Below, piece after piece: positions 48,139-56,374 of a stretch of 64,000 nt of DNA (position 1 is its first letter; each line of letters starts with the position of its first letter). The DNA is from Candidatus Multivoradales bacterium (GTDB taxonomy: Bacteria; Acidobacteriota; Thermoanaerobaculia; Multivoradales; JAHEKO01). The stretch spans positions 2,048,001 to 2,112,000 of the forward strand of contig CBDFIJ010000004.1 in the NCBI GenBank assembly GCA_965248055.1, in the 5' to 3' direction. A program made the translations under genes and the position numbers. The notes below the pieces were generated by a model. It was given only the letters and a program-made list of their open reading frames with translations, made no database searches and was not told where the DNA came from.

Positions 48139-49502
48139 GAAGCTAGTTCCGGCTCCTTGCCGGGAAACAGCAGGCGGGCGGTGTCTACTTCACTCTTGTG
48201 CACGAACAAGATCACCGTGTCGTCGACCTCAAGCCGATCTTTGCCACGCGGGACAAATACCCGTTCGCCGCGCACCACAGCTCCGACGATCAAGCCACGC
48301 GGAGGACTAATTTCAGCCAAGCTGCAGCCAGCGACCGGAGAGGCCGCTGCCAGCTTTCGCTCGGTGACAAAGGCGTCGCCTTGTTTGAGAGAGACGATCT
48401 CAGCGGTGTAGCCGCTGTCGATATAACGATGGATATGTTGGTAGGCGAGGGCGCGAGGCGAGATCACCTGGGCCAAACCGACTCGTTTCCACAGCCTAGA
48501 AGTATCCGACCGTTGCACCAGCGCCATCACCTGGGGAACCCCCAGGTCTTGAGCCTGCAAGCTCGCCATCAAGTTTCCTTCGTCATTGCCCGAAAGAGCG
48601 ACGAAGGTCCGCGCATCAGCCACTCCCTCGGCCCGCAACAGCGGCATGTCGGTGGCGTCACCATTGAGAATTTCGACCCCAGGGAACATTTGCGACAACT
48701 GCGTTGCCCGTTCTCTTTTGATTTCAATCACTTTGACCTGGGCGCCGATGCCAACCAGAGAGCGAACGATGGTTTCTCCGGTGTTTCCAGCGCCGGCAAT
48801 GACCACCGTGCCGAGGTCTGCGGGAGCCGAAGTGGCGGTGCGCTCCGCGGTGCGAATTACTTCGGTGGTCCCCAAGATCAGCGCGTCGTCCCCGGGTTCA
48901 GCTCGATCTTCTCCAGAGGGGACGATCAATTTGTTGCCGCGAAACAACCCCACCACCAGACTGTCCTGGGGCAGGTTGACCTTGGAAAGTGGTTGCCGCG
49001 TCAGAGGCGAGTTGGCGTCCAGGTGGATCTTGCGCAGTTGGACTTTTCCTTCAGCCAAGTACTCCACAGCCATGGTGTTGTGACCGCGAATGTAATTGAG
49101 GACTCGAGTTGTGGTGAGCAGTTGGGTGCTGAGCAACAGGTCGACCCGAAACAGGTCTTCAAGCACCGCGCGGTCGCGCACCACTTCTTCTGCTACTCCC
49201 ATTCGCACTACGGTTCTCTTGGCTCCCATCTCTTTGGCCAACAGAGCTGCGGCCAAGTTGGCTTCATCCGAAGAGGAAACAGCCATAAACAGATCTGCCG
49301 AAGCGACGCCAGCGGCTAACAGGGTCGGTGGATGGGCCCCATTGCCGTGGACTACCGGTACATCCAAGAGATCTTCGGTGCGTGCTTTCTTGGCCGAAGA
49401 AAGTTCGATCACCACCACATCGTTACCTTCTTCGCTGAGTGATCGAGCAAGATGGAAACCGACCTCGCCGGCGCCCATGACCACAAATCGCTGCCTTTCC
49501 AT
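48135..49502 (-). CDS. trkA: Trk potassium uptake NAD-binding protein
   Basis: Two RCK units (GAGEVG; GAGNTG); overlaps the trkH start. Confidence 0.95.
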   Translation of the reverse strand: MERQRFVVMGAGEVGFHLARSLSEEGNDVVVIELSSAKKARTEDLLDVPVVHGNGAHPPTLLAAGVASADLFMAVSSSDEANLAAALLAKEMGAKRTVVRMGVAEEVVRDRAVLEDLFRVDLLLSTQLLTTTRVLNYIRGHNTMAVEYLAEGKVQLRKIHLDANSPLTRQPLSKVNLPQDSLVVGLFRGNKLIVPSGEDRAEPGDDALILGTTEVIRTAERTATSAPADLGTVVIAGAGNTGETIVRSLVGIGAQVKVIEIKRERATQLSQMFPGVEILNGDATDMPLLRAEGVADARTFVALSGNDEGNLMASLQAQDLGVPQVMALVQRSDTSRLWKRVGLAQVISPRALAYQHIHRYIDSGYTAEIVSLKQGDAFVTERKLAAASPVAGCSLAEISPPRGLIVGAVVRGERVFVPRGKDRLEVDDTVILFVHKSEVDTARLLFPGKEPELAS

Positions 49503-49718
49503 AGTTCCTTCCTAGCGAGCTGATGTTGAATCGACGATCGATATCATCAATTTTCCAGGGTTGTCTTGGGCTCGCATCGAGTTGATTCTGCGAGGTATCA
49601 AGAGCGGTGTCCAGGGCGACATTGGGAAATATCTCGATTTCAGTCGCAAAAATGTTTGACAGTCAACTGCGCTAAGCGTCAAAGTCAGCGCGTTGCGGTT
49701 CTCTTAAGGAGGTTTCCA

Positions 49719-52148
49719 ATGCCCTCAATCAAGAAATGGACTCTGATCTCGATGGTCGCTTTTTCGATCATGACCACCGCCTTGGTTGCCCAAGGAGCGG
49801 GTGATGTCGAAGGTGCCGTCACCGGCGGCGACGGAGTTGGAATTCCCGGAGTGACGGTGGTGGTCAATGAGGCGGGAATGGCCGGAATCACCGGTAGCAA
49901 CGGCGCCTACAGCGTCAAGCGAGTTCCCGAAGGAACCTACTCTATGACCTTCTCTCTCGGCACTCGGGTCTTGCTCAGCGAAGGGGTCGAGGTCAGCGCC
50001 GGGCAAACCACGGTGGCCGACATGGAGACCGACTGGGAAGTGTCTTTCGCTGACACCATCACGGTGTTTTCAGCGTCGAGACGCCCCGAGAGAATCGTCG
50101 AAGCTCCGGCCGCGGTCACGGTGATCCCTGCCGAGGAGATTGAACGCGAAGCTTCGCACGGACAGCTTCCTAAACTGTTGGAGTTCACTCCCGGGGCTGA
50201 GGTCACCCAAAGCGGCCTGTACGACTACAACTTCAATACTCGCGGATTTAATAGCTCGCTCAACCGTCGGGTCGCCACGCTGGTGGATGGGAGGGATCCT
50301 TCGGTGCCCTTCTTGGGTGCTCAGGAGTGGTCCTCGGTTTCTTTTCCGTTGGACGACCTGGAGAATATCGAGTTTGTGCGCGGCCCGGCCGCAGCCTTGT
50401 ACGGTGCCAATGCTTCCAGTGGTGTCCTCAACATGACCACCAAACGCCCCAAAAATAGCCAGGGCGGAACCCTGCGCATCGCGGCGGGTGAACTGGAGAC
50501 TTTGAACGCTGATCTTCGTTGGGCCACCGACTTGGGTCGCGAGTGGTACGTCAAATTCAACGGCGGTTTGAGACAGAGTGGAGATTTCTCGGTCTCTCGC
50601 AACGGGAGTGTCGAATACGCAGTTCCTTGTCCTGCGGCGGTTGACTGTCTGCCTCTGGAGACACCTCTGACGCACGAAAACGAAGTCGACATTTCGTTTT
50701 TCGGCCTGCGTTTTGACAAGCACTTTGGCGATACGCGGTTGTTGTCGTTGGAGGGCGGTAACGCGGCGGTGGAGGGGCCGTTGTTTCAGACTGGAATTGG
50801 CCGGGTGCAGTTGATCGATGTGGAGCGACCGTGGCTGCGCGCTAACTTCTCCACACCTCGCTGGAACTTGCTGGCTTTTCGTTCCGAGCGCGACGCTCCC
50901 AAGCAAACGGCTCTTTCCAGCGGTAACAACATTTCTCTGATTACCGACAACACTCAGATCGAAGCCCAAGGAAACTGGGAGTTCGCAGACGGTGACGTGC
51001 GGTTGGTGCTGGGAGGCGCTGCGGGTAGCACAGACGTCAGCACCGAAGACCCTGCAACCGGCCGCCAAACGCTGACCTTTGCTCCGGTTTCGACAGATCG
51101 ATCCGCCCTGTTCGGTCAACTCGATTGGTCGATCAACGACAAGGTCAAGCTGGTATTCGCCAGCCGCTACGACGACAGTGACTTGCACGATGGTCAATTT
51201 TCTCCCAAAGCGTCTTTGGTCTATGCGGTCAACGACAATCATTCCCTGCGCTTTACCTTCAACCAAGCCTTCCAGGTACCCAACTATTCGGAGTTCTTTC
51301 TCTATACCGATGTCGCGGCTCCAATTACCGCTCTTGGTGGCCTGGAGGCGGCTCTTTGCACTCCTTTTGGCGTCAACTGTGGCCTTGGCTTGATTCGGGT
51401 GTTGGCGGTCGGCAATGAGACCTTGGACCTGGAAGAGATCGAGACCATGGAGCTTGGCTACACCGGAATACTCGGCAACAACGCTTTCATGACCGTCGAC
51501 TACTACACCAGCGACAACACCAACTTCATTACTGATCTACTGCCGCAGTTTGGAACCTCTCTGGGAAAAATCAACCCTAACCTTGGGCCTTATCAGCCAC
51601 CCGCTGGATTGCCAGCACCGATAGCAGCCGGACTCGCAGATCTGTTGCGAGCGGTACTTGGCTCTAGCTTGTCCAATGGGCCGGATGGTGCCCCGATCTT
51701 TGTTGCTGTCTCCTACACCACCTTTGGTCAGGTGGACACGCAAGGCATCGATCTAGGGCTAACCATGCACCCCGCACTCGGCTGGAGGGTCGACTTCAAC
51801 TACTCGTGGTTTGACTTCGACATTGGCAGTGGCGCCGCGGGCCTCGCCGACATTCTCACCCCCAACTCCCCGGAGACCAAGTTCTCGGCAGGGGTCGCCT
51901 GGGTAGGCGATAAGTTTGATGTTGCGGTGAGCGCTCGCTGGGTGGATGACTTCGAGTGGTTTGTCGGTCCGTTCCAGGGCACGGTGGAGTCCTACACCAC
52001 CGCAGATATCAACGCCAACTACCGAATCGACGAGAGCTGGTCGGTAGGCGTAAATGTCGCCAATGTTCTGGACGATGAACATTGGGAGTCCTTTGGCGGA
52101 GATATCCTGGCCCGTCGAGCTTTGGCTCACATCGCGTTGACTTGGTAA
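49719..52148 (+). CDS. TonB-dependent receptor with N-terminal carboxypeptidase-regulatory-like domain
   Basis: RBS AAGGAGG, signal peptide, ITVFSASRRPE, NTRGF, IEFVRGPAAALYGANA and C-terminal Trp. Confidence 0.93.
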   Translation: MPSIKKWTLISMVAFSIMTTALVAQGAGDVEGAVTGGDGVGIPGVTVVVNEAGMAGITGSNGAYSVKRVPEGTYSMTFSLGTRVLLSEGVEVSAGQTTVADMETDWEVSFADTITVFSASRRPERIVEAPAAVTVIPAEEIEREASHGQLPKLLEFTPGAEVTQSGLYDYNFNTRGFNSSLNRRVATLVDGRDPSVPFLGAQEWSSVSFPLDDLENIEFVRGPAAALYGANASSGVLNMTTKRPKNSQGGTLRIAAGELETLNADLRWATDLGREWYVKFNGGLRQSGDFSVSRNGSVEYAVPCPAAVDCLPLETPLTHENEVDISFFGLRFDKHFGDTRLLSLEGGNAAVEGPLFQTGIGRVQLIDVERPWLRANFSTPRWNLLAFRSERDAPKQTALSSGNNISLITDNTQIEAQGNWEFADGDVRLVLGGAAGSTDVSTEDPATGRQTLTFAPVSTDRSALFGQLDWSINDKVKLVFASRYDDSDLHDGQFSPKASLVYAVNDNHSLRFTFNQAFQVPNYSEFFLYTDVAAPITALGGLEAALCTPFGVNCGLGLIRVLAVGNETLDLEEIETMELGYTGILGNNAFMTVDYYTSDNTNFITDLLPQFGTSLGKINPNLGPYQPPAGLPAPIAAGLADLLRAVLGSSLSNGPDGAPIFVAVSYTTFGQVDTQGIDLGLTMHPALGWRVDFNYSWFDFDIGSGAAGLADILTPNSPETKFSAGVAWVGDKFDVAVSARWVDDFEWFVGPFQGTVESYTTADINANYRIDESWSVGVNVANVLDDEHWESFGGDILARRALAHIALTW

Positions 52149-52190
52149 CGCAGCGATCGCCAGTTCGAGCGATCACCAGTTCGACTGGAT

Positions 52191-52227
52191 AGTAAAAGGC
52201 GCCTCGGATTCCGAGGCGCCTTTTACT
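52191..52227. terminator. Bidirectional rho-independent terminator
   Basis: Perfect inverted repeat AGTAAAAGGCGCCTCGGA-T-TCCGAGGCGCCTTTTACT between convergent genes. Confidence 0.9.
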
Positions 52228-52269
52228 TGTTTTCTGACGGCGCGGTCGACCGCACCCGCTGTAGAGGAA

Positions 52270-53025
52270 TTAATCCTCTTCGACTGTGCCCAGCGCGAAC
52301 GCGACGCTCACCTGCGCCTGAACGTTGACTTTGCCTTGGGAGACAGGCGTTGAAGAATCAGCTGCCGCGCTGCGCATCATCATCGCCTCTTGATACACCG
52401 GCTGCTCGATCCGTGCTCCGCCCTCGTTGACCATCAACACCGGCCCCAAAGGCAACCCCAGGGCGCTGGCCATCGCTTCGGCCTTGCTGCGAGCTTCCTG
52501 AACCGCGAGCTGTAGTGCTTCCAACCGGGCGTCTTGATCGTCGTCAAGCTGGAAATTCACCCCTTGGATTTCGTTAGCCCCGGAAGAAATGGCGGCGTCC
52601 ACCACCGGACCGACCAAATCGAGGTCCAAGACCCGGATGGTCACCGTGTTGGAAGCGCGAAATCCGATCACTAAGGGCTTTCGCCGGTTCTCGCCGCGGT
52701 CATAAATCGGGTGCAAATTCAGCCGAGAAGTCTGGACATCGGACGGCTCAATCCCGAGCTCCGTGATCGCCGCCAAGATAGATCTAGCAACCCGATTCAC
52801 CGCCGCTTGGGCCAGCCCGGCCTCTTTGTCTTCCTCAACCACGCCCAAAGTCACCACTGCCAGATCCGGATCAGTGCGTACTTCGCCACGCCCGGAAACG
52901 TGCAATTCCGAAACCTTCTTGGAACGAGAGTGGTCAGCTTTGGTTGGTGTAGTCATCATCACTAGCCCCAAAGCCGCGATTGAGACGATCGCAAGCCAAC
53001 TAGGGGTCTGGGTCAATGTTCTCAT
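52270..53025 (-). CDS. SIMPL (DUF541/YggE/BP26) domain protein
   Basis: Signal peptide, VSGRGEV..DPDLA, GANEIQGVNF and AVQEARSKAEAMA. Confidence 0.9.
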   Translation of the reverse strand: MRTLTQTPSWLAIVSIAALGLVMMTTPTKADHSRSKKVSELHVSGRGEVRTDPDLAVVTLGVVEEDKEAGLAQAAVNRVARSILAAITELGIEPSDVQTSRLNLHPIYDRGENRRKPLVIGFRASNTVTIRVLDLDLVGPVVDAAISSGANEIQGVNFQLDDDQDARLEALQLAVQEARSKAEAMASALGLPLGPVLMVNEGGARIEQPVYQEAMMMRSAAADSSTPVSQGKVNVQAQVSVAFALGTVEED

Positions 53026-53186
53026 GGGTTCTCCTCTGCTGGTACCGATAGCCACTTCAACGCTCGCCAATGCGGCCATCCTTTCATGACTGTTGTGAGC
53101 ACAGCCAAGACCGCCGTCACCTTGCAACCAAGCAATGTTTGTACCTGATCGAGATCTTGTCAGAGCCCCAAAACAGAACCTCTTGA

Positions 53187-53216
53187 TTGACACTTCACGA
53201 GGGGCGCCCGTAGACT
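53187..53216 (+). promoter_or_regulatory. Sigma70-type promoter of the tRNA operon
   Basis: TTGACA-18 bp-TAGACT followed by a GC-rich discriminator, 45 bp upstream of tRNA-Pro. Confidence 0.7.
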
Positions 53217-53261
53217 CCCGATCCGCGTTTCGGCGCCTTCCAGGGGGCGCGCGTTTGGTGG

Positions 53262-53338
53262 CGGGGCGTAGCGCAGCCTGGTAGCGCACCTGCTTTGGGA
53301 GCAGGGGGTCCCCAGTTCGAATCTGGGCGCCCCGACCA
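53262..53338 (+). tRNA. tRNA-Pro(TGG)
   Basis: Acceptor CGGGGCG/CGCCCCG, anticodon arm CCTGC-TT TGG GA-GCAGG, TTCGA, CCA. Confidence 0.96.
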
Positions 53339-53358
53339 GCGCGGAACGAGCTTCACGG

Positions 53359-53435
53359 CTGCCTGTAGCTCAGCTGGATAGAGCGGCGGCCTTCTAAGCC
53401 GCGGGTCGGGGGTTCGAGTCCCTCCAGGCAGGCCA
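53359..53435 (+). tRNA. tRNA-Arg(TCT)
   Basis: Acceptor CTGCCTG/CAGGCAG, anticodon arm GCGGC-CT TCT AA-GCCGC, CCA. Confidence 0.96.
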
Positions 53436-53462
53436 CCCGCTCAAGGCGTTCTTTTACTACGT

Positions 53463-53539
53463 GGTGAGCGTAGCTCAATCGGTAGAGCCCCTGGTTGTGG
53501 TCCAGGTGGTTGCGGGTTCAAGTCCCGTCGCTCACCCCA
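53463..53539 (+). tRNA. tRNA-His(GTG)
   Basis: G-1 plus GTGAGCG/CGCTCAC-C, anticodon arm CCTGG-TT GTG GT-CCAGG, CCA. Confidence 0.96.
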
Positions 53540-53540
53540 C

Positions 53541-53617
53541 GCACCCGTAGCTCAGCTGGATAGAGCGACGGCCTCCGGAGCCGTAGGTCAGGGGTTCGAA
53601 TCCCTTCGGGTGCACCA
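53541..53617 (+). tRNA. tRNA-Arg(CCG)
   Basis: Acceptor GCACCCG/CGGGTGC, anticodon arm ACGGC-CT CCG GA-GCCGT, CCA. Confidence 0.96.
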
Positions 53618-53662
53618 CTTCGCTTCGCTCAGTTTGTACAACCCGAAGGGATATCGGTCGAT

Positions 53663-53789
53663 GCGAGTGCGAACTTGTTCGCACTCGCGTTGGAACGAAT
53701 CCCTAGCCTGCTGTATCGCATCCGTTTCACTCCACTTGTGCTCCCGAAGGAATTCTGTTCGTTGCAAGTGTGAACGGGTTCACACTTGC
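53663..53789. repeat. Two related perfect hairpins
   Basis: GCGAGTGCGAAC-TT-GTTCGCACTCGC (53663-53688) and GCAAGTGTGAAC-GG-GTTCACACTTGC (53764-53789). Confidence 0.75.
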
Positions 53790-54181
53790 CTTCGAGCGAA
53801 TCCTCGTTTTCAAAATATATTCAGCTGACACCTTTTCCACAGCTCGGGATCGACCAGATCGAATCGATATCGAGGCAGTCGTTACGGATGTTGATCGGTG
53901 TGGGTTGGAGCTTATTGCTCAGGCTGTGGCGGAGACTGTGATGCGGAGCCAAGTGTGACCATCGCGGAACTTGCCGACCGTTGACAGAGACCGGACTGTC
54001 CACACGAAACCAAGTTTCAGGTGATCTCCGTATTCGGTTTGTAGTGCGCGACTTTGGGGTGATCTGGCGAATTGGGGGCTCATGCAGTGTAAGATTGGCC
54101 TTGACACTAGGCTGTCAATTTGATTCGCTTGGTGTTAAGTAAGGCTGTAGATTTGATTAATCACTTCATCCGAGGGGACAA

Positions 54182-54871
54182 ATGAAGGTGCGATACGGGT
54201 ATTATCCGCCGGTTTCAATGGCGATGGATGCAATTGCCAAGCTCTCGGATCAAGACTTTGAAGTGATCAGCCGAGGGGTAGAAAGTGCGGATGCGTTCGA
54301 CACGGACAGCGCACGGCTGAAGAGTCTTAGAAAGCAACTTAGTTCAGATATTGAGGCGAGTTCACTCTTACAGATGATGAACGGGCTGGAGTACCTCTAC
54401 GGGGCGAGCCGAGAGTGGGCAAGTGAGGGACAGAGCCATCAAGAGGTTGTTGGCGAATTTTTGGACTTTACGGGCTTTAAAGATGAACTCGGTGACCGAT
54501 ATGAACTGATCGTGGACCGCCTTTATGAGCTCTTGCGAGAACATCCACATCTCGACCGAGCGCGGAAGCTCCGTTGGCTTCGAACTGGTATTCTCGATAC
54601 TGCTATTAAATTCACGTCTTTCGTGGACCTAAGGCCGCGCTTTGACCAAGAGCGCCTAGAGATCCGGGAATTTGTGCCGACGGTGATTTTCCAGATCGTT
54701 ACAGATTCCGAGAATGGCTCACAACAATCCAATGTTGTTCAATTAAACATGTCAGGTTTTGCCGAATTGAAAAGCGCTATACAAGATGTTGAAAAAAAAC
54801 TGGCGGCGCTCGCTGCGGATAAGCGCATTTGCGAGATGATCGACGATCTGCCAGAAACTGAGAAAGAGTAG
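54182..54871 (+). CDS. Putative prokaryotic COMMD-like protein
   Basis: RBS GAGGGG; helical N-terminal ~135 aa, then beta-beta-beta-alpha (FTSFVDLRPRF / FVPTVIFQIVT / VVQLN / FAELKSAIQDVEKKL); fold call is by pattern only. Confidence 0.6.
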   Translation: MKVRYGYYPPVSMAMDAIAKLSDQDFEVISRGVESADAFDTDSARLKSLRKQLSSDIEASSLLQMMNGLEYLYGASREWASEGQSHQEVVGEFLDFTGFKDELGDRYELIVDRLYELLREHPHLDRARKLRWLRTGILDTAIKFTSFVDLRPRFDQERLEIREFVPTVIFQIVTDSENGSQQSNVVQLNMSGFAELKSAIQDVEKKLAALAADKRICEMIDDLPETEKE

Positions 54872-54876
54872 AGAGA

Positions 54877-55512
54877 ATGACCTCGAAAATAACTGAGGCG
54901 AGAATTCCACCTCCCGCAGATTGGCCAGTTCATAGCGCACGATATGTGTCGATGCAACACCTTGCCTCTACCGTGGCGTTAACGCGTGTCATGTCAAGCC
55001 AAGGGATAGCGCCATTCTACGGAGCACCCGATCCACCAATTCGACACCTTGAAGCCTCAGCGGCAATCTTCGGGAGTCTAGTGAGTGGCCTGGTCAGTAC
55101 TGGCGCGACAGACCGATTGTTAGTTGATGTTTTCAGCAAGGAGCAAAAACCACGCGGGTCGTCTGTCGTTGTTGCGCTGTACGGAGAAAAGCAAAAAGAG
55201 AAACTACGAGTACGAATTCGCGAGCTTGAAGCCAGCGAAGAACTAGCTAAGGCATTCGAGGAACGTGAACTAGTGCGAAGCTTGATGGAGGACGATTGGT
55301 TGGGCGCACGGATCTTGGCTAGTGTGGTGCAACATCAAGAAAGGACAGGCTCAGAGATCTGTGTTGACTTGAAGGCGAAGATGGATACAGTTGCCGTCGG
55401 TCTCGCACGTCTCACGCGGTTCAAGGCGTTGCATGCCAGGGGTAGCCTGTTCACGAGTACACGACTTGGTGAAACCGTCTACGAAAGATTCGACAGTATT
55501 GCTACCAATTAG
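54877..55512 (+). CDS. Hypothetical protein with C-terminal winged helix-turn-helix
   Basis: ARILASVVQHQERTGSEICVDLKAKMDTVAVGLARLTRFKALHARGSLFTSTRLG follows the wHTH pattern; starts 5 bp after the upstream stop. Confidence 0.6.
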   Translation: MTSKITEARIPPPADWPVHSARYVSMQHLASTVALTRVMSSQGIAPFYGAPDPPIRHLEASAAIFGSLVSGLVSTGATDRLLVDVFSKEQKPRGSSVVVALYGEKQKEKLRVRIRELEASEELAKAFEERELVRSLMEDDWLGARILASVVQHQERTGSEICVDLKAKMDTVAVGLARLTRFKALHARGSLFTSTRLGETVYERFDSIATN

Positions 55513-55535
55513 CCGTTCCTTTTAGGGTTCCGATC

Positions 55536-56063
55536 TTGGGCTTCGATCGAAATATAAGGCAGGTAGAGCAACGAGCCTCTGAAGCTTCGTTAGCTATTCT
55601 TGTTTGGGGCCCCGGCAGAGACGATGCTGCACTCTACGTGAAGCGAGAGAAAATCAAGGATAGGTTAGCGACTGAGTTTCCTAACGTAGAAATTCGTTTT
55701 AGCGAAGACCAGGAACTCGACAAGATGATTCAGGGGTCAGCACATTTGAGCGTTCCAGAGAAGGAGATCTACCATCTTGCAGCATGCGATGTCTGTGTTG
55801 TCTTGGATGCATCGAAGGGGGCCGGTGAGGAGATCGCCTTATTTTCACTCTCTCGTCTCTCAGAGAAGTTCTTCATACTTACGCATGAGCAGTACAGGGA
55901 TGTCGACAGCTTCCCTGCTCAGCTGCGGAAATACCATAACCAAGTGTTCTACACTGACGAAGAGTTCGTGTCTTGCAACATGGTAGAGAGGGTGGTCACG
56001 CATGTCCGAATTGAGGCAACGCGAAGGCTGTTCTTTGCTCCGGCTAAATCTAACCCAGCGTAG
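55536..56063 (+). CDS. Nucleoside 2-deoxyribosyltransferase/N-glycosidase-like protein (retron-effector-like)
   Basis: ILVWGPG...KREKI...FSED...E..HLAACDVCVVL.ASKGAGEEIALFS...KFFIL...SF, with SxGxxxE carrying the putative catalytic Glu. Confidence 0.65.
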   Translation: MGFDRNIRQVEQRASEASLAILVWGPGRDDAALYVKREKIKDRLATEFPNVEIRFSEDQELDKMIQGSAHLSVPEKEIYHLAACDVCVVLDASKGAGEEIALFSLSRLSEKFFILTHEQYRDVDSFPAQLRKYHNQVFYTDEEFVSCNMVERVVTHVRIEATRRLFFAPAKSNPA

Positions 56064-56092
56064 CCCTTCATATAACGAGCTGGCTTCAGACA

Positions 56093-56123
56093 TAGGTACC
56101 ACCCTTGTTTCGAGGGGACGGTG
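56093..56123. repeat. 31-bp repeat, copy 1 (REP-like family)
   Basis: TAGGTACCACCCTTGTTTCGAGGGGACGGTG, identical at 58358-58388. Confidence 0.85.
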
Positions 56124-56374
56124 TGCCTCTCGTTGTGCCTGGGCCCAGACTGTGGAGCCAGTCATCGCGATGCAAGGCAACTGAGGGCTGGAGTTCTTGT
56201 TTCTGGATTTCATGGCCTACCTCGTTTCGTTCTCTACGAGGGGTCCCAGGAGTAGAGATAGGTGCGTAGAGATAGGTGCCAGATGAGATGAGTCGGTCGG
56301 TCTCCAAGCTGGGACAATGTGCCAGTTTGGATCAACCAAAGAAATCGGCATCTAGCCGAGAAAGGAGACCGACC

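Noticed and set aside
49656-49666. TTGACAGTCAA palindrome and possible riboswitch before the TonB receptor
   Set aside because: Too short to assign, and no cobalamin or TPP riboswitch consensus recognised
48198-51266. Long antisense ORFs (48198-49319, 50070-51266; likewise 18306-19058, 24110-24832, 25364-26386)
   Set aside because: Mostly shadows of well-supported genes in GC-rich DNA, with no motifs of their own
52152-52184. Short tandem repeat AGCGATCRCCAGTTCG x2 after the TonB receptor
   Set aside because: Two copies only; most simply a local slippage duplication
53618-56063. Retron (hairpins plus NDT-like effector)
   Set aside because: No reverse transcriptase ORF in the window, and no a1/a2-type repeats bracketing an msr-msd that I could identify
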